The notes under the pieces: generated by a model
Seen by the model: only the letters and a program-made list of their open reading frames with translations
Database searches by the model: none
What the model was told of the DNA's origin: nothing
In this document: piece by piece, positions 1 to 13,984 of the stretch
Numbering within the stretch: the stretch's first letter is position 1
Layout: every line of letters begins with the position of its first letter
Program-made: the position numbers and the translations under genes
Source of the DNA: Tubiluchus corallicola
Taxonomy: Eukaryota > Animalia > Priapulida
Assembly: GCA_030141605.1 (NCBI GenBank)
Contig: JAQGDQ010000223.1
Coordinates: forward strand, 62,001 to 126,000
Direction: 5' to 3'
Length of the DNA stretch: 64,000 nt

Positions 1-76
1 TGCAGTGTGGTGCGATGAGGTGGAGTGGTATGGTGTGGTGCAGTGTGGTGTGATGAGGTGGAGTGGTGTGGTGTGG
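1..76. repeat. Degenerate (GTGTG)n simple repeat
   Basis: Tandem gtgtg/gtggt units, visible directly. Confidence 0.8.
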
Positions 77-584
77 GTTGTGTGTTGATTTGTGCACAGA
101 ATTCTTTTTGTGGGGTTTGGCTAGTCTCTTATATTAATATTCTTGGTATATATATATATAAGATTCTAGGCTACAGCCCGGACGAGGGCACCATTTGCGG
201 CGATCTGTATATCAAACGAAAGGTCTCGATCTAGTGTCTTCTCATTGATGGTTTATTTTTCGAATCGGGCCCACCGGGAGGAACGGGAGGCGAAAACCCC
301 CCAAAAAATGGCCCTTTTTCGGCCGTTTTTTGCAAAAAATTGCAAAAGTTATACGGCTGAGATGTAGAGAACGGGAACGGGCCGAGGGGGGTACTGGGTA
401 TGGATAGATAGCCCGTTCAGCGGTGGGTGTAGTAGGCATATTTAGAATTCCCGAGAGGGCCAGGGCGCCCCGCAACGGGCGTTTTCCCGGACCCAACTCG
501 CGATTTTTTCGAAATTTTGACCAAACAGCATGCGGGAAAAACGTTTTAGCGTCGCCCGGTGGGACTCTGGGAAGGAGATATGGG

Positions 585-1886
585 CAGGGCACTTTATTTA
601 TGACTTTTCTTGCAAAATAGTCATAAATAGTCATAAATAAGATTTCAAATTTGTCATAAATAACGAAAGAAAAAGAATTATTTCCCGATGAATGGAACAA
701 AAAATTCAGTACAGAAAACTGTTTCCACCGTCTCTCTCTCTCTCCCTCACACACAGGCAGTCCATAAGAAGCTTGCGCGTGACTGTTTGGTGGACTAACA
801 CAGTAACTGAGACTGTCTAACTGATCTGTCATTAACTCGTCTAGAAGCAACCTAAGTAATAAAAAGTAAATGAGCGCGTTACCGCGAAAAAATAAATAGG
901 CACCGACAGAATCGTTGTCGTTCCATCGAAAATTTGAATTAAAGACAGCTTACCTATTTTAATGTCCTAAAGTTCTGCCGCCTCAAACCTACGCTCTGCA
1001 CAATAACAGAAATCTACACTTCTAATTCTTTTCTTTGCACGTTCATTTCAGTGCCTTTCTCATCCTAACGGCGTTAGGGGTGAGCATTCTCTACCAGAAA
1101 GCGAATTCGAATCGAACCGAATTTGTGACTTTCGAATTCGAATCGAACCGAACTTCGATGCTTACCCCTAAGCGGCGTAAGTCAATGGCTTGGGTGTAGG
1201 TTTTAGCTCGAGTTTGCCGCAAGCGTTTCCCGTGCCTTACTGCCTCATCCTCAAGAAATAAGAATAATGCCGTCTGCTAGAATTTGAGCATATTTTATCT
1301 TTGGGAGAATTTGTTGCTTCATTGTCATTAAAATTTAACTGTTTTTCTTGTTTAGTTATTTTGCTTAATGTAATTTTAATTAGAAAACATACGTGACGGT
1401 TCCCTAGAAAGATGTAATAGCCAATAGTATTTTCCAACATTAAATTTAAAATCGATATTTAAAAAAATACATTATTTACTTGTACTAATTGTGGCTACGA
1501 ATTGTGACTGTACGAATTAATTAATAGATTGATTTTTATGAGCAGTAATTTTATAGGTCATCCTAAACAAATTAAAACCGATACTATAATTATTATAAAC
1601 ACGATCACGGATTTCAGTCTGGAGGGATGCCTGCATGCAAAACAATACGAGAAACTTCAGGCCTTGGAATGATGAAAGTAGACATTTTTATTACATTTTA
1701 ATGTAATGAAGAACGAAGAAAGGCAAAATACAAGATTCTGATTAAAAATATGTATTTCTTTTAGCTCAGGATGGCATTTTTGGTCAAAATTTGACACGTC
1801 ATAAATAGTCATAAATAAAATCTGAAATTAGTATTAAGCAAGCTATTTATGCAATTTATGACTAAAGTCATAAATAAAGTGCCCTG
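585..1886. mobile_element. hAT-type non-autonomous DNA transposon
   Basis: 23-bp TIR cagggcactttatttatgacttt. Perfect 8-bp TSD GATATGGG (577-584 / 1887-1894). Subterminal tcataaata repeats. Confidence 0.9.
1075..1170. mobile_element. 96-bp hAT-type MITE nested in the 585-1886 element
   Basis: TIR taggggtgagcat / atgcttaccccta. 8-bp TSD aacggcgt/agcggcgt. Internal ttcgaatcgaa repeats. Confidence 0.8.
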
Positions 1887-3609
1887 GATATGGGGCTCTT
1901 TACAAAGTGGAAGGACAGGGCTACACGATGATGTGGGCTATATTTTAGGGCAGGTCCACCGAGAGGAGTACTAGCGAGTTAATTAGATGTTCTATTTTCG
2001 GCGATTTTCGCTTAGAAAACTGTCCTAACGCATTCCATTGTGCTGACGTCATCCATTGTACTCTGCTGGCTTAATTCAGCAAAAAGCTGCTTTGCGTTAG
2101 TTAAGCATACAGTAGGCACGAGTAAACGCTGCTACAGCCTACTGCGTTAGGTAAGTAGGCAGGATGTTACGGGCTTTGTGTTATAAATGAGGACTTGGTA
2201 GGACGTTTGCGTATTATTGATTACACGTGTATTTATACGCAAAATCTTTTGCGGGGCCTTTGCTAGTTCATTTATTAATTTACGCCAACTTGACAATGAT
2301 TTGTCACAAATTAGTGATAGATATTTAGTGACAAAACATTGTCAAGTTTTGCCTTAATTTAGTCAAAAGTTGAACTAAACTTCTGTTAAAGCTAACACAT
2401 TAATTCTGCATGTAAATTATGTAAAATATACTCATTAAACAATAGTTCTGAAAATTTTTTGTGCCTGGAATTTCTTAATAATGCGACAAACAAGGTTAAT
2501 ATCTATAAGCAGGTATATAACGTAAGCAAACTTTGTCCCTTGGACAACTTACTTGCAAAAACTTGCAATTTTTCGCAATTTCTGATAAAGTCCCGTGTTC
2601 TTGCATGAGTAACATCAAACTTGCGAAAAAAACGCCGGACTTTTAACGTTAATTTTGAACTTTTTGCATACTGATTTAGTAAGGGTGGAAAAATAACAGA
2701 AAACAAAGTACAAGTAACGTTTTTTTATTAGCACACATTTTTGAATTTTAGCCGAAAGGGTGCTTTTTAAATGAAAAAGAAAACGGACAAGGAGGTTACT
2801 TACCCTAAGCCCTCCACTGTTTAAATTAATTGTTAAATGCTGATGTTATTTAGAGGGCACTCTTTGCAGGCCTGTACAGACAGTCAGACACCCCACGCTG
2901 CCAATTTTTTATTTAATGATTATGCTTATACATACGTTTGCGAATTAACACACGATGTTTGCACGATGAAAACCTTTCACCTTTTGCTAGTAACATAGGT
3001 AATCTTGAGAGTATCTTGATAGTAATAGGCAATAAAGGTAAGCCGTCCTTTTTCACTCATACCTGTTAATTCTGGTCAATTATATCTCCAATAACAGCTG
3101 ACAATAACAACAAAATAATCTAACACAAATTATATGTCATGACGTTTGGATGTACTTTCGTTATGATTATGGAAGAAGTAGCACTTCTGAAACGTCATGT
3201 TACCTAAAGTCATTGTCAGTAAAAAGATAACATAAAATACGCAAAACACTGTTATTATTTGAGGTTTGCAAAAACGCTTCTTCCAATGATAGGAACAAAT
3301 TGTAATGATCACAAATTGAATATTATATCTATATTTTTAGCACACTGACTGCCTTGCCAAAATAACATACGCATTGTGGTTGAAATTTCTCCGTAAATTG
3401 TAACTATCGCAATGTGGCTCTATCTAGTGCGTGAAATCAAAATAATACATTAGCGTGTTTTTTCTATTCGGGCTTGATTACACCGTGGTGCACGAGTCTG
3501 AGCTGGTCCCTGTGGATCAAATACTAAGTAAACCTGTGTAATCTGTTTTACAACAATCACTGAGTGTTTAACATGATTCGAACGGTGAGCACTAAGTACA
3601 TCACTTAGT

Positions 3610-3973
3610 CAAAGCCAGATTATCCTATAGGCTAGTATAAGCTGCAGCCTAGGGCCCTCAAGCTTGGGGAAAAAACTTCAGAGGCCATGCTAAAAGATTT
3701 TCAAATATATACCTGCATAATATATATTTTGAAAAATGAGTGCAATATGTTAATATTTTGTGCTGCTAAATAATTCACTTAAATTAAAATAAAATTTCAA
3801 CTTTAAAAAAAGAAATTGGGAGTTTAAAAACCCATTTTTCAAAAAGTAGCCAATTGTGGCTACTTATTTGAGCTAAAGGGCCTCGTTTGATCCTTTTTAT
3901 TTGAGATAAAGGCACCCTTAGAAAAAGGTGCATATATGTTAGAGGGGCCTCAAAAGGTCATAATCGGGCTCTG
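3610..3973. mobile_element. hAT-like MITE (same family as 49993-50329)
   Basis: Degenerate TIR caaagccagattat / ataatcgggctctg. The segment ataggctagtataagctgcagcctagggccc is the reverse complement of ~50281-50313. Confidence 0.6.
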
Positions 3974-6343
3974 CTCATAGTCTTAGCTGCCTTATTACAT
4001 GTTTGTCGACTGCGTTCTTAAAAATTATTAGAGTAAAATTACAGTATTAAAATACAAAAAACCAAAAGTAAAGCAGCATTTTTATTCTTCACAATTTTTA
4101 TTGCAGGAAATAACAACATTTTGGAAAGACGGACACAGAACAGTTAATTGCTTACGTGAAGTTGTCAACTTTTAGTACCTACGAAAACCAGGGCCTCACA
4201 GTTACTGCACTACATTTGCACATCATATATACATAACATATAACCTTTATTCTAGCTTTTTTGACATTGATGTTTGCAGATTATAAAGTTACGTTATAGG
4301 AAAACTACGAGTCATACAGATAACTACACATGAGATAGCAACACCAATGGTAGAGTACATTCTTTTCAGTCAGACAATTATTATCATGGCTGCTTAAAAC
4401 AAAAATTCAAGTTATAATTTATAATAATCAAAGCACTACTGTAATGGTCTTTTGCATGTGGGCTATATAATATTATTACACATATTATATCAAGTCTAAA
4501 TTAGTCAACACATCTAGAATATGAATGTAAAGTGCATCATACTAATGTACCATTAGGATGTAGGTCAATTTGCAAGTTTTATTTCTTTAAAAAGTCAAAT
4601 TTATTAATAATTAGACATAAACTCCAAATGCGTCAAGTGTCACTATAGCCATCATCAGTGAAAAGCAGATGTTTTTGAAACAAAAGCTAACAGTTTACAG
4701 AGACTGAGGACAAACTCAGACATTGCACGAAGTAGAAGTATAGTAAAATAGCATAATGTCATGTAAAAAATCCACGAAAAGTACAATAAAACCATCGGAT
4801 GATGTTATTAGTTATTGCTGTTAGAGGAATAGAAACTGTTGCGTATTAAGAGAGGACTTTTTATTATAAACAAACAGGCCACATTAAAAGATCCCAACCA
4901 TTTTTGCTCTGACAATTCTGAAATGAGAAAAGTCAGCTACAAAGAGGCCAGAGATCTTAATTTTTTATAACTGTGCTGTGTTGAAAGAAATGTGATAAAC
5001 AGTAACCCTAGCCGATGCTGCCGCAACGCTGATGCCACATGCAGATTATGAATTCACACAATTTTTACTTCTTGTTAAATGATTTGACGAGTAAATGTTG
5101 CTTCATAATTTGTACTAAAAACTCTTAGGCCAACAAGCAGAACATTAGTTCCATGACACACAAAGTGACACCTTGCAAGAATGGCAGTAAAAACATCCAA
5201 GACCGATGCAAAAGGATAGTTTCATCACATACACAGGTCTTGGTGCTGCTAAATTGCTGCTCCCACCATGTACATTAAAGCATGGATGGTCATTATCACC
5301 GAAATTACAAATTGCATGCTAATAAACAATAAAACAAATAATTTCATACAACATTAACTAGTACACAAAATTTCATTACCCTATAAGTAATTTTCACCTC
5401 ACTAATCAAAAATTATTATCAAAATGGAAGGAATGCAAGTGCAAACAAACTGTCTGATCTTATGTATACATCACCAAACAGAAAACTGTCATTCACTTTG
5501 TAACTAAATTTTCAATAAATTGTACTTGCCCCACTGGGTGACAATAAAGGCCTATTTAGACCATTCTAGACATGCCTCTGTCACACAAAACAACTATTTT
5601 GTCACACAGAACGACTTGAGAGCTTTCTCGGCGGTATCAAATTGAGTTAATAGCACCCAACTGGTTTCCTTACATAATGTAACGTTACAACATTGCTTAA
5701 TAAAACATAACGTTGTATAACATAACTCAGTTAGGCTACCATATCCCTACAATTACTACAGTAGTCACGAAATTACTGGGATTAAACTCAAGAAAAGAAC
5801 ATATCTTTGTTCACAGACTGAACAGTTGCGAGGGGCTGCAACCATAAATATTATGGCATACAATGGGTAGTCGAAATTCACTTCCCTTGTTTCAAATTAT
5901 CGGTTTGGTTCAGGATGGCTAAAGAAAGTGTTCGAAAGCACAAGGTTTTTAAGACAAAACTGAAGAGATATACTTTTATTAAGTATTTCTACCAAAATAT
6001 TTACAGTTGCAGTGACCACTGCAAAATATAATGTAAAAAAATATACGGATAACTGAATATACTACTATACAATGAGAGTTCTTCATTTCATCTACAAGTG
6101 CCATGTTATAAGGAAAAATCTATAACAATAACCAGATAGGTGTACTTTGAAATCGCAGTGGATGGTAACATTATTATTCTAGCAAAGCGAGAACAACAAC
6201 ACAAGAAGAACTCTTGAAATGTAATAACAGAGCACCTCGACAATAATTCTTGAATGTCAGTGCTAGATACTGGAGACGAAGAGAATGTGGTAGAGAAATA
6301 ATATCATCACAAAACATGTGATACAGTCACACTGCTTTTGTGG

Positions 6344-9300
6344 CTATTTCCCGAAGCGCTGTTCACATCTATTGTACCGATGTAACACATTGTAGAAGTC
6401 TGGGTAAGTCATATTGTGGTGAGTAAGCAGGTGCCTAGGGAAAATGAAAAATTATTGATAGCTTTTCCTAACACGGCACATATGTTTGAACGTTTCAGAT
6501 GGTACTGACTTGGTTTCATGTTACAAAGACCCAAGGTGATGTAAGAAAAAGCCATAATTATATAAAGTAAAATGCATCTCTAATGAGTTAACTTTTATAT
6601 GAGTTTAGTTTTCATGAGTATTAAATATATAGTTATGTTGATCATAAAATGATATTTACAGTATGCAACTGCCTGCAAACAGGAGAAAAGGTTGCTTGAA
6701 AGAGTGGTGAATGAGACAAAGAACAAAGGAAGAGAAAGAAACAAGGGGAAAGGAAGCGAAAGGTAGAATGTGTATGAGTCTTCCACCCAAAAAGGAGATA
6801 ATAACTTTTTCAACTGACGTGGAGTGAAATAACAAAAAGTAGTTTTCAGTTCGCTTTGGCCATCACACTCTCAATTTACAAGCGAGGCTCACTTGACAAA
6901 TAAGCCACCAGTGAGTTCTCGTAGAGCCGTCTCATTCCTGATCCCTTTATAACAAATGTTTTTCGTAACATGCATTAGAAACACAGAAATCTTAATAAGT
7001 ATGCACACAGCGATCAATATAATTAAATAACTGGTTAATATACACGAATGGGTTATCAAGTTACTAATTACATGATTACCATGAATCTTCAGAATCAGGC
7101 TGACAATAAAAATACTTCTGTTTCCGTCTAATCATCTGGATAATGGTTTTTTGTTGCACATCCAGCCAGAAATTTTATAATTTTTTGTACGTTCATATAC
7201 TTACCAAAGCAGTCATACTAGAAGCGTACTTTTTAATTTAAAATATAAAATGCAATAATTATTATAACATTGTTGTTTTGGCAGTATACAGCTATGATTT
7301 TCTACGGCTAGCTTTCTGCCAGGATTGCCATTTTATGTGATGCATTGAAGTCGTATTGGAGGCTAAAAGTATCATATTTTCTGGCACATCAGCAAATTTT
7401 TTATCTTAAAAGCTGGATAATGTCACCGCTTATACCAGAATTATCAGAACATATGTTCATACTGTACAAAAGAGACTATACAATAATCGACAATTATAAG
7501 ATAATTATTAATGCGAAACCAAAAAGTAAAAAACTAAGCGAGAAAAAATGTGTATTGAAAAAATTTAAAACATTATTGCTAACTAGTGGGAAATAAATAA
7601 ACTTTGATTTCAACTAAATTTAAATGTTGCACGATTCAGCTTTAAACTCTCAAAAACTTTGAATAAAAATAAACTTTGATTTCAACTAAACTTAAATGTT
7701 GCACGATTCAGCTTTAAACTCTCAAAAAACTTTAAAAAATTTAAAAATGTTTTTTCCTCCTTCCCTACTGAAATCTTTTGAATTCATGAGGTAAGACAGA
7801 AACACATTTTTTGTGGACAGTCTCAGTGTTTTCTCTAAGGCCTCTAGTTATAATTTAAAGCGATCAGGACAATTGTTATAAAGGTCCTTGGATTAGGGTT
7901 ACTCTCTAATGAGTTCAATGGTGGCTCATTTGGCTAGACTGCCACAGGTAAAAATCTTATATGAGAAATGACTTTTTCACTGTTTTCTTTCAATGTTGAT
8001 AATAGGACTTGTCATCCAGTTCTCATAGAGGGAGAATGATAAAAAACGTAAATTAATTAAATAAACAACTAATTATATTCATTAGTATAGTTACGGTAAT
8101 CTGTCCCTTTCCCACAATACATACACCAGACTTACATAATTTCTGTAAGACGTAGCTGCCAAGGCAGGTATCCTATAGTCGAAAGCGCTGGTCCAAAAAT
8201 TAACACAAGTTCTGGATCTGGCCAGTCATTGGAAGCTAGTAAAACAATCGCAATAATTAATGCAATAAATATTCAAATGCTACTGCAAATATCAGTCAGA
8301 CACCTTTATTTGCCTTGCAATTTTTAGCTGACAAATTTGTATACAGTACAATCTTTATTTGTATAAATTTGTATACAGTACAGGCCTTATTTGTATTGCA
8401 ATACCAAAAATGAGTTTTCTCTATCATTTAGCAGGAGTTTAAAATATGGACTAGCAAAATAAAAAAATACGAATAGGTCTACGAAATTCTTCAGAAATAC
8501 TCTTAGATTTTCTTAAATTAAAAGTGTACAGATTTGAAAAGGCAGGCAACAACTGACTATGTACATTGCACTGAAAGCTTTACATAAGAAAAATTGCACA
8601 CCAATCCTGCTCTGGAATTAAACACGAGCTATTAATCTGACAGCAATGTCTTAGTCACATCTCGGCGTACATGCATTCTCGTTTAAATATGGTAAACAAC
8701 CAGAGACAATATATTACGTGAATCCACCTGGGACCGTTTCATGCAGCCACCCATTCACCTACTGATCAGGCTCTGGCACTACCTAACTTCAGTCACTAAG
8801 AATACGCTGTGATCACTCAGTTGTTTTCTCAATTAGTAGATATACGACGCAAAATTGTTAGCAAATAGGCAAAATAAACCAACAAACTATAAATAACAAT
8901 CTTACCATGTAGATATCTACTAAACACAGAAGCATTTACATGCGAGCTCTGTTTGCCGTCTACAACATCTTGGCAGAGCTCTCTCGTTGCTGTTACAATA
9001 CTCTGTCTACCATTCTTGCCATCCAACAAAGTAATTCTAGTCCGAATTTTGCGGCCATTTTTACCTAATTACAACAAATACGTTACTCTTCCTAGTGTAC
9101 TTACAGTTCTGAAACAACAGCTCAAAATGTGAAAATTAAGAATAATTAGCAGTTATTATTTAAATTGCCTGCATCTCAAGAAAATTTAATAAAATTGGCA
9201 AAAAAATTGTTTAGACTATGCGGTATCAAAGTTACACCTAAAGTTTTCGAAATATATAATTCATATGCTGTATACTGCAAAACAAGTAAAAACTTTTATA

Positions 9301-10264
9301 AATTTACAATGAAAACTTGTTAAGAAACAATACTACAAATACTTTGATTGACAGAAAATTTTAAGCAAACTTAAATTAAAAAAAATAGCGAATTCAATTA
9401 ATTGGCTTATATTAGTCGACAAATTTGCTTAAAACATTCATGTTAGTAGAAGCAATGCAAAGAATGTTTCTAGAGAATATATAAATTATTGGTACATCAC
9501 GCACTTTATCATTTTACTATTTGTGCCCTTATTAATGCACAAATAATGTTTTAGGCTAAGATTGTGATTTCTGAGCTACTATTTTGTTTTCCCCAATGCA
9601 GACTTTTGCGTTCAAGCTATAAAACAACAAATATGGTTTGAAATCTTAATGAAAGTTTTTATGAAGAACACTACCATCAGTCGTTACAGAAAAAAATCAA
9701 CAAAATCTGTTATATTTGTATGCTCACAAGTTTCAAAGATATGTGAACGAAATACCATTAGAATAAGCATGGATTATGGTTCTGTAAATCATTTTATTGA
9801 CTGTCTAAAAACACCTAAAACTATTCTCTGATAAATGCAAAAGAAATTTACAAGTTACATAAATTTTTACCTGGATTTCCAAGATCATTCACAGCAAACT
9901 GCACTCCTAGATTACTCAAATTAGTATTAAACAACTGTTCACTCTTCTTCTGGAGTAATTTTTGTAGAGAAATTGAGCTTTTTACTAACCGGCCTGCAAA
10001 AAATATGAAATAACAGCACTATTATAATAATAAACCAATTAGTAACATAAAATAGTATTGACGACCAAAGTTCTGATTTTGATTTATATAATATTCTAAG
10101 TAATAAAAAAATAAAACAACAAGAATTGTATGTGTTGCAGTATCCTGGCCCATCTATAAGCTCACTCTAATTTAATGTCTACCACATGTTTCAGGGAATG
10201 TGCATATACAGATAACTGAATATTAAACTGTGTATAATGCTACTTTGATAAAATTGGAGAATTG

Positions 10265-10309
<45 letters not shown>

Positions 10310-11688
10310 CGTGCGTGCGTGTGTGTATGTGTGTGTACTGTGATAGGTTTGGTTAATTGTAATTATTCTCTATTTGTAACAGGACTGAAACTGTCAGAAA
10401 TGTTTTTATGATTGTCGTTAAGATAGGGTTATGTGATTATCCATTTTTAAAGTAAACCTCAATATGTATTTCTTTAATTGTTTGTGTCTCACTACTTTGA
10501 ACGTTTAATCATTTTTATTTAGTCATTCGTACTTCCTATTTCAAATGTTCACAAACCAATAAAAACAGGCAAAATTTGATTAAAATGTATTCAACAAAAC
10601 AAATAATTATTCATTCAATTCATTGATAGCGCATACTTCACAAGCTATAGTTTGATCCTCACGTTACAAATTTCACAAATATATCGTGCTAGTTGACTAT
10701 CATAAATGTTTACTTATATATATATCATGGTAGCCATATATATATCATACGTATATATACTGTCGGGAAATCGCATATATATTTCCCAAAGTTAAATTTA
10801 ATTTTGTGTGTCTATAAAATCGCTCCTAAATTCTCTAGCACTTTTTTCTAATTAATGAATTTTCCTTTCACTCACTATATATATATCACTAAGCTAGTAG
10901 GTTTCTACCTTTCTTTATAGCATAGTACAATAGAAACATGCTACGCAACTGGCTACCATGATGAATTAACTAAAGCTATAAGTATATGTCTGTTTGGAAA
11001 TGAGATTGATGAGGTGGATTTTTTGGAAATATGTTATGTGATGTGAACGTAACATCAGCATATGTAATCACGTAATATGCCCTTATATTAACAAAGAAAA
11101 AAATCCACCAGAATCATTAGGAAAGCTGTAGTGTGAATAACCAGTGTTTATATTACGTTTTTATGGCCCTATCCTTAGTAGTAGAAGTTCAAGAAATTAA
11201 CTTGTTAGGTCATGAAAACATAAGGCATAATGCTATAGACACAAATGAAGGCAATGGGACAGGGCACAAATGATGCGGGTTAAATATGAGCTAAAGTTTT
11301 CTTATTTTTTTGGAAAAAGGTAAATTGTTTTCGAAAAAATGAAGTGCCCACGATTTTGGCCAGACTTACCTTGTTGATCATATAAACTGACAAATGATAT
11401 ACCAAATCCGATACACCATATTAATATGGCGATTATGTGTTCAAAAGAAATATCTGATTCTGATACAATTACACCTAAATGAGATGGCAATTTAAGATTT
11501 CCATCATATTGCATCATCTGTCCGAATCCTCGATCGGAGTCGAACGTGCCGTTTATATGATTTTTATAAAATGTCCACAAACACGTAGTAGCGTGGTCAA
11601 TAGCTAACTTCAAAGCCAACACCCAATGGAGCATTTGCAGAAGTAAAGCATAGAAGGAAAAAATTGCCTCAGCATATATTAATTGCAT
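6344..11688 (-). CDS. NUS1: Dehydrodolichyl diphosphate synthase complex subunit NUS1 (Nogo-B receptor), 5 exons, 263 aa
   Basis: Exons 11688-11370, 9993-9871, 9064-8906, 8235-8136 and 6434-6344. All introns are GT-AG, and the total of 792 nt is in frame. Motifs [27 protein letters not shown] and [12 protein letters not shown]...[12 protein letters not shown], plus C-terminal CEQRFGK* (RxG motif), match the NUS1 family. Confidence 0.95.
7596..7733. repeat. ~70-bp tandem duplication in NUS1 intron 4
   Basis: aataaactttgatttcaactaaa..aatgttgcacgattcagctttaaactctcaaaaa occurs twice in tandem. Confidence 0.85.
10270..10336. repeat. (GT)n/(GCGT)n microsatellite
   Basis: Seen directly in the sequence. 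Confidence 0.95.
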
Positions 11689-12399
11689 TTTCCATTAAAT
11701 TTACAGTTTTAATGAAACTGTTTGACGCATTAATTTAACACGTTTTAGTTATACCCACGTAAACAGCAATGCGGAATATCTTTCACCTGCCAAGTTCGGT
11801 CATTGCGCTATTTATGTCGCCTCGGTTGTTTATCCATCTGATCGATTTCTGCCTCAAAAAAATTTTAAAATCGAAATTTAACAATCATTTTTTCGTAATT
11901 TAACCACAATGCAACGAAAGCAATTACGAAGAATAAAATGAAACAGAAATGACACAAAAACAACAATAACACTTTCAAACTGAAGAAAACTACATCCATG
12001 TGTCTACTAAATTTTAAAAGTTTAGATAAATTAACTAATTGCAGCTTCTTTCTAAAAATGTGTCTATTGCGTGCATTGACCAATAGTTCATTGTTTACAC
12101 GAGAAGGTGAAGTGCATTCCATAATATTAACCACAAGTTTAGGTAAAATCTTTTTTTACATTTTTTACATCTCTGTAATGTAAAATTGATACAAATGTAA
12201 CAATTTTTTTTAAATATCTATTTCCATAAATCTTGCAAAAAATCGTCATTATCATTTCTGAAATCTATGTAAAAAATAGCACTAGTCAGATTTTTTTAAT
12301 CATGCATGCATTTAAAGGACTTGCATAGATTAATCTTACCTTTTGACCTTTCGATAATATTACCTTTAAAAGTCATAGGGACTTAGAGTCGAACTCGGT

Positions 12400-13000
12400 T
12401 ATGGTGCCTTCTCAAACATGTTTTAAAATTATTGAAGATGGCACTTAAACGGCTGCCGTTGGTAATAATTTGTTTCCAGGGTCGATGACGCCGGAAGTCA
12501 GAAAAGTGCAATCGAATATTGGTTCGTGAAAAAGGAACACATAGCTTGGAGGGGTGTCCATGGAAGGGTCTAGGAGGGTGTGAAAAAATCATCTTTATGG
12601 AGGATGGATGCTCCATTGATTATTTTATAACAGTTGATGAGTTCAATGGTTTCTCTCCATTGTTCCAGAGTTGATAATGTAGAAAGATCAGCGTCCTCAG
12701 CTAGTACTAGTCTAACCCGTCGTTTTTGTGTTTTTTCCAAAGATGCTTTGAGAGTGGAGTATTGTGGTGAGCAGACTATACTGAAGAATAGGGTGTACAA
12801 CAGCTCTGTAAGGTGGGATGATTACCGAGGCTTTCCTGGACATAATACAACGTTTGATTATGCCAATGTGTTGATTAACTTGTATAATGATATTGCTAAG
12901 GTGATCGATCCATCTTTAAGATAATTTGGAGTTTGACTCTTAGGACGGATATGCAAAAGATGGCTCTTGCTTTTTTAGGCTCCAATAATGATTCTTCCAA
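12400..13000 (-). pseudogene. Decayed non-LTR retrotransposon (CR1/L2-like) reverse transcriptase C-terminal fragment
   Basis: Frameshifted pieces IKRCIMSRKASVIIPPYRAVVHPILQYS, LEKTQKRRVRLV, LSTLEQWRETIELINCYKIING and HGHPSKLCVPFSRTNIRLHF resemble the ORF2 tail of CR1/L2 LINEs. Confidence 0.75.
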
Positions 13001-13602
13001 CCATTTTTCAATATTGCCGAGGACGAATTGTAGAATATATTATTACTGCCATCAAATATGTGAACGGTCTTTGTCTTGTTTATTTTTTAATTTAGAACTG
13101 CCTGAGAGGAATCACTGGCAAAGATCTTCAGACCTGGCATTTTTTGCCAGTTTTTATAAAACTTATTTTATTTTCATTAAACTGAGATAGGAAAAATGGG
13201 ATCGCAAGAAATGGGTTAGTACACATCATTGGAAGGAGCATTTAGAGTAAAGTGTAACAGTTTCCTGTGAGGTTCTTGGCCCATGCCACAGCAATAATGT
13301 TTTTCTCCACACACACATGCAACTTTTCGGGAAGAAACTCTATTGTGACATTGCAATATTAAAACTCGCTAAAAACTTATTACATGGAAGAGAAGGGGAA
13401 CATCATCGTGGCAAAATAGATGGCTTCACAGGGTTACTTCGGTAGCAGTAATCCAAAAATCATAAAAATGCATTTGTAAAAAGTTAGCTTGACACGATGA
13501 TTAAAAATAGCACAATATACCTCAGTTGACCAATTCGCAAAAATATTGTTGCTGCAGTTTTTTGTACAGCCATGACAACGGGCATAATTATGGTATCTTG
13601 AA

Positions 13603-13984
13603 TAGGGATGAGCAATCTCTACCAGAAAGCGAATTCAAATTGAATCGAATTTGTAACTTTTGAATTCGAATTGAACCGAACTTCAGTATTTCGAATTCGA
13701 ATTGAGATTAAAAGATTTTCGAACAAGTTTTCGAACTAGCAGTAAAAATTAGTCTTACAAAGATCATGCATATTACTCGATTTTGTTCATCAGAAAAGCC
13801 ACTAATAATTTGTTTAAAATTGTGCAGAGAAATCACAGCTAAATTATGATAATTGCATGATGTTTCAATCGTTTTAATGATAAAGGACGTATGTGATTAA
13901 AGTGTTGAATTATTTGAATCTATAGTTTAAGTTCGAATTGAATTCCAACTAAAAAAAAATTCGAACGTTCGATGCTCACTCCTA
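13603..13984. mobile_element. hAT-type MITE, longer relative of 1075-1170
   Basis: Same ends (tagggatgagcaatctctaccagaaagcgaattc ... cgatgctcactccta). Imperfect 8-bp TSD atcttgaa/atctcgag. Confidence 0.75.

Larger units (their letters stand above)
125..2266 (+). mobile_element. Non-autonomous Helitron-like element carrying nested MITEs
   Basis: The 5' ~200 bp are homologous to 15250-15440. The 3' end has the hairpin cgcaaaatcttttgcg (2238-2253) followed by CTAG|T (2263-2266). The 5' boundary is approximate. Confidence 0.7.

Noticed and set aside
242-850. 202-aa ORF
   Set aside because: It crosses a Helitron/hAT junction, starts at a non-ATG codon and has no recognisable domain.
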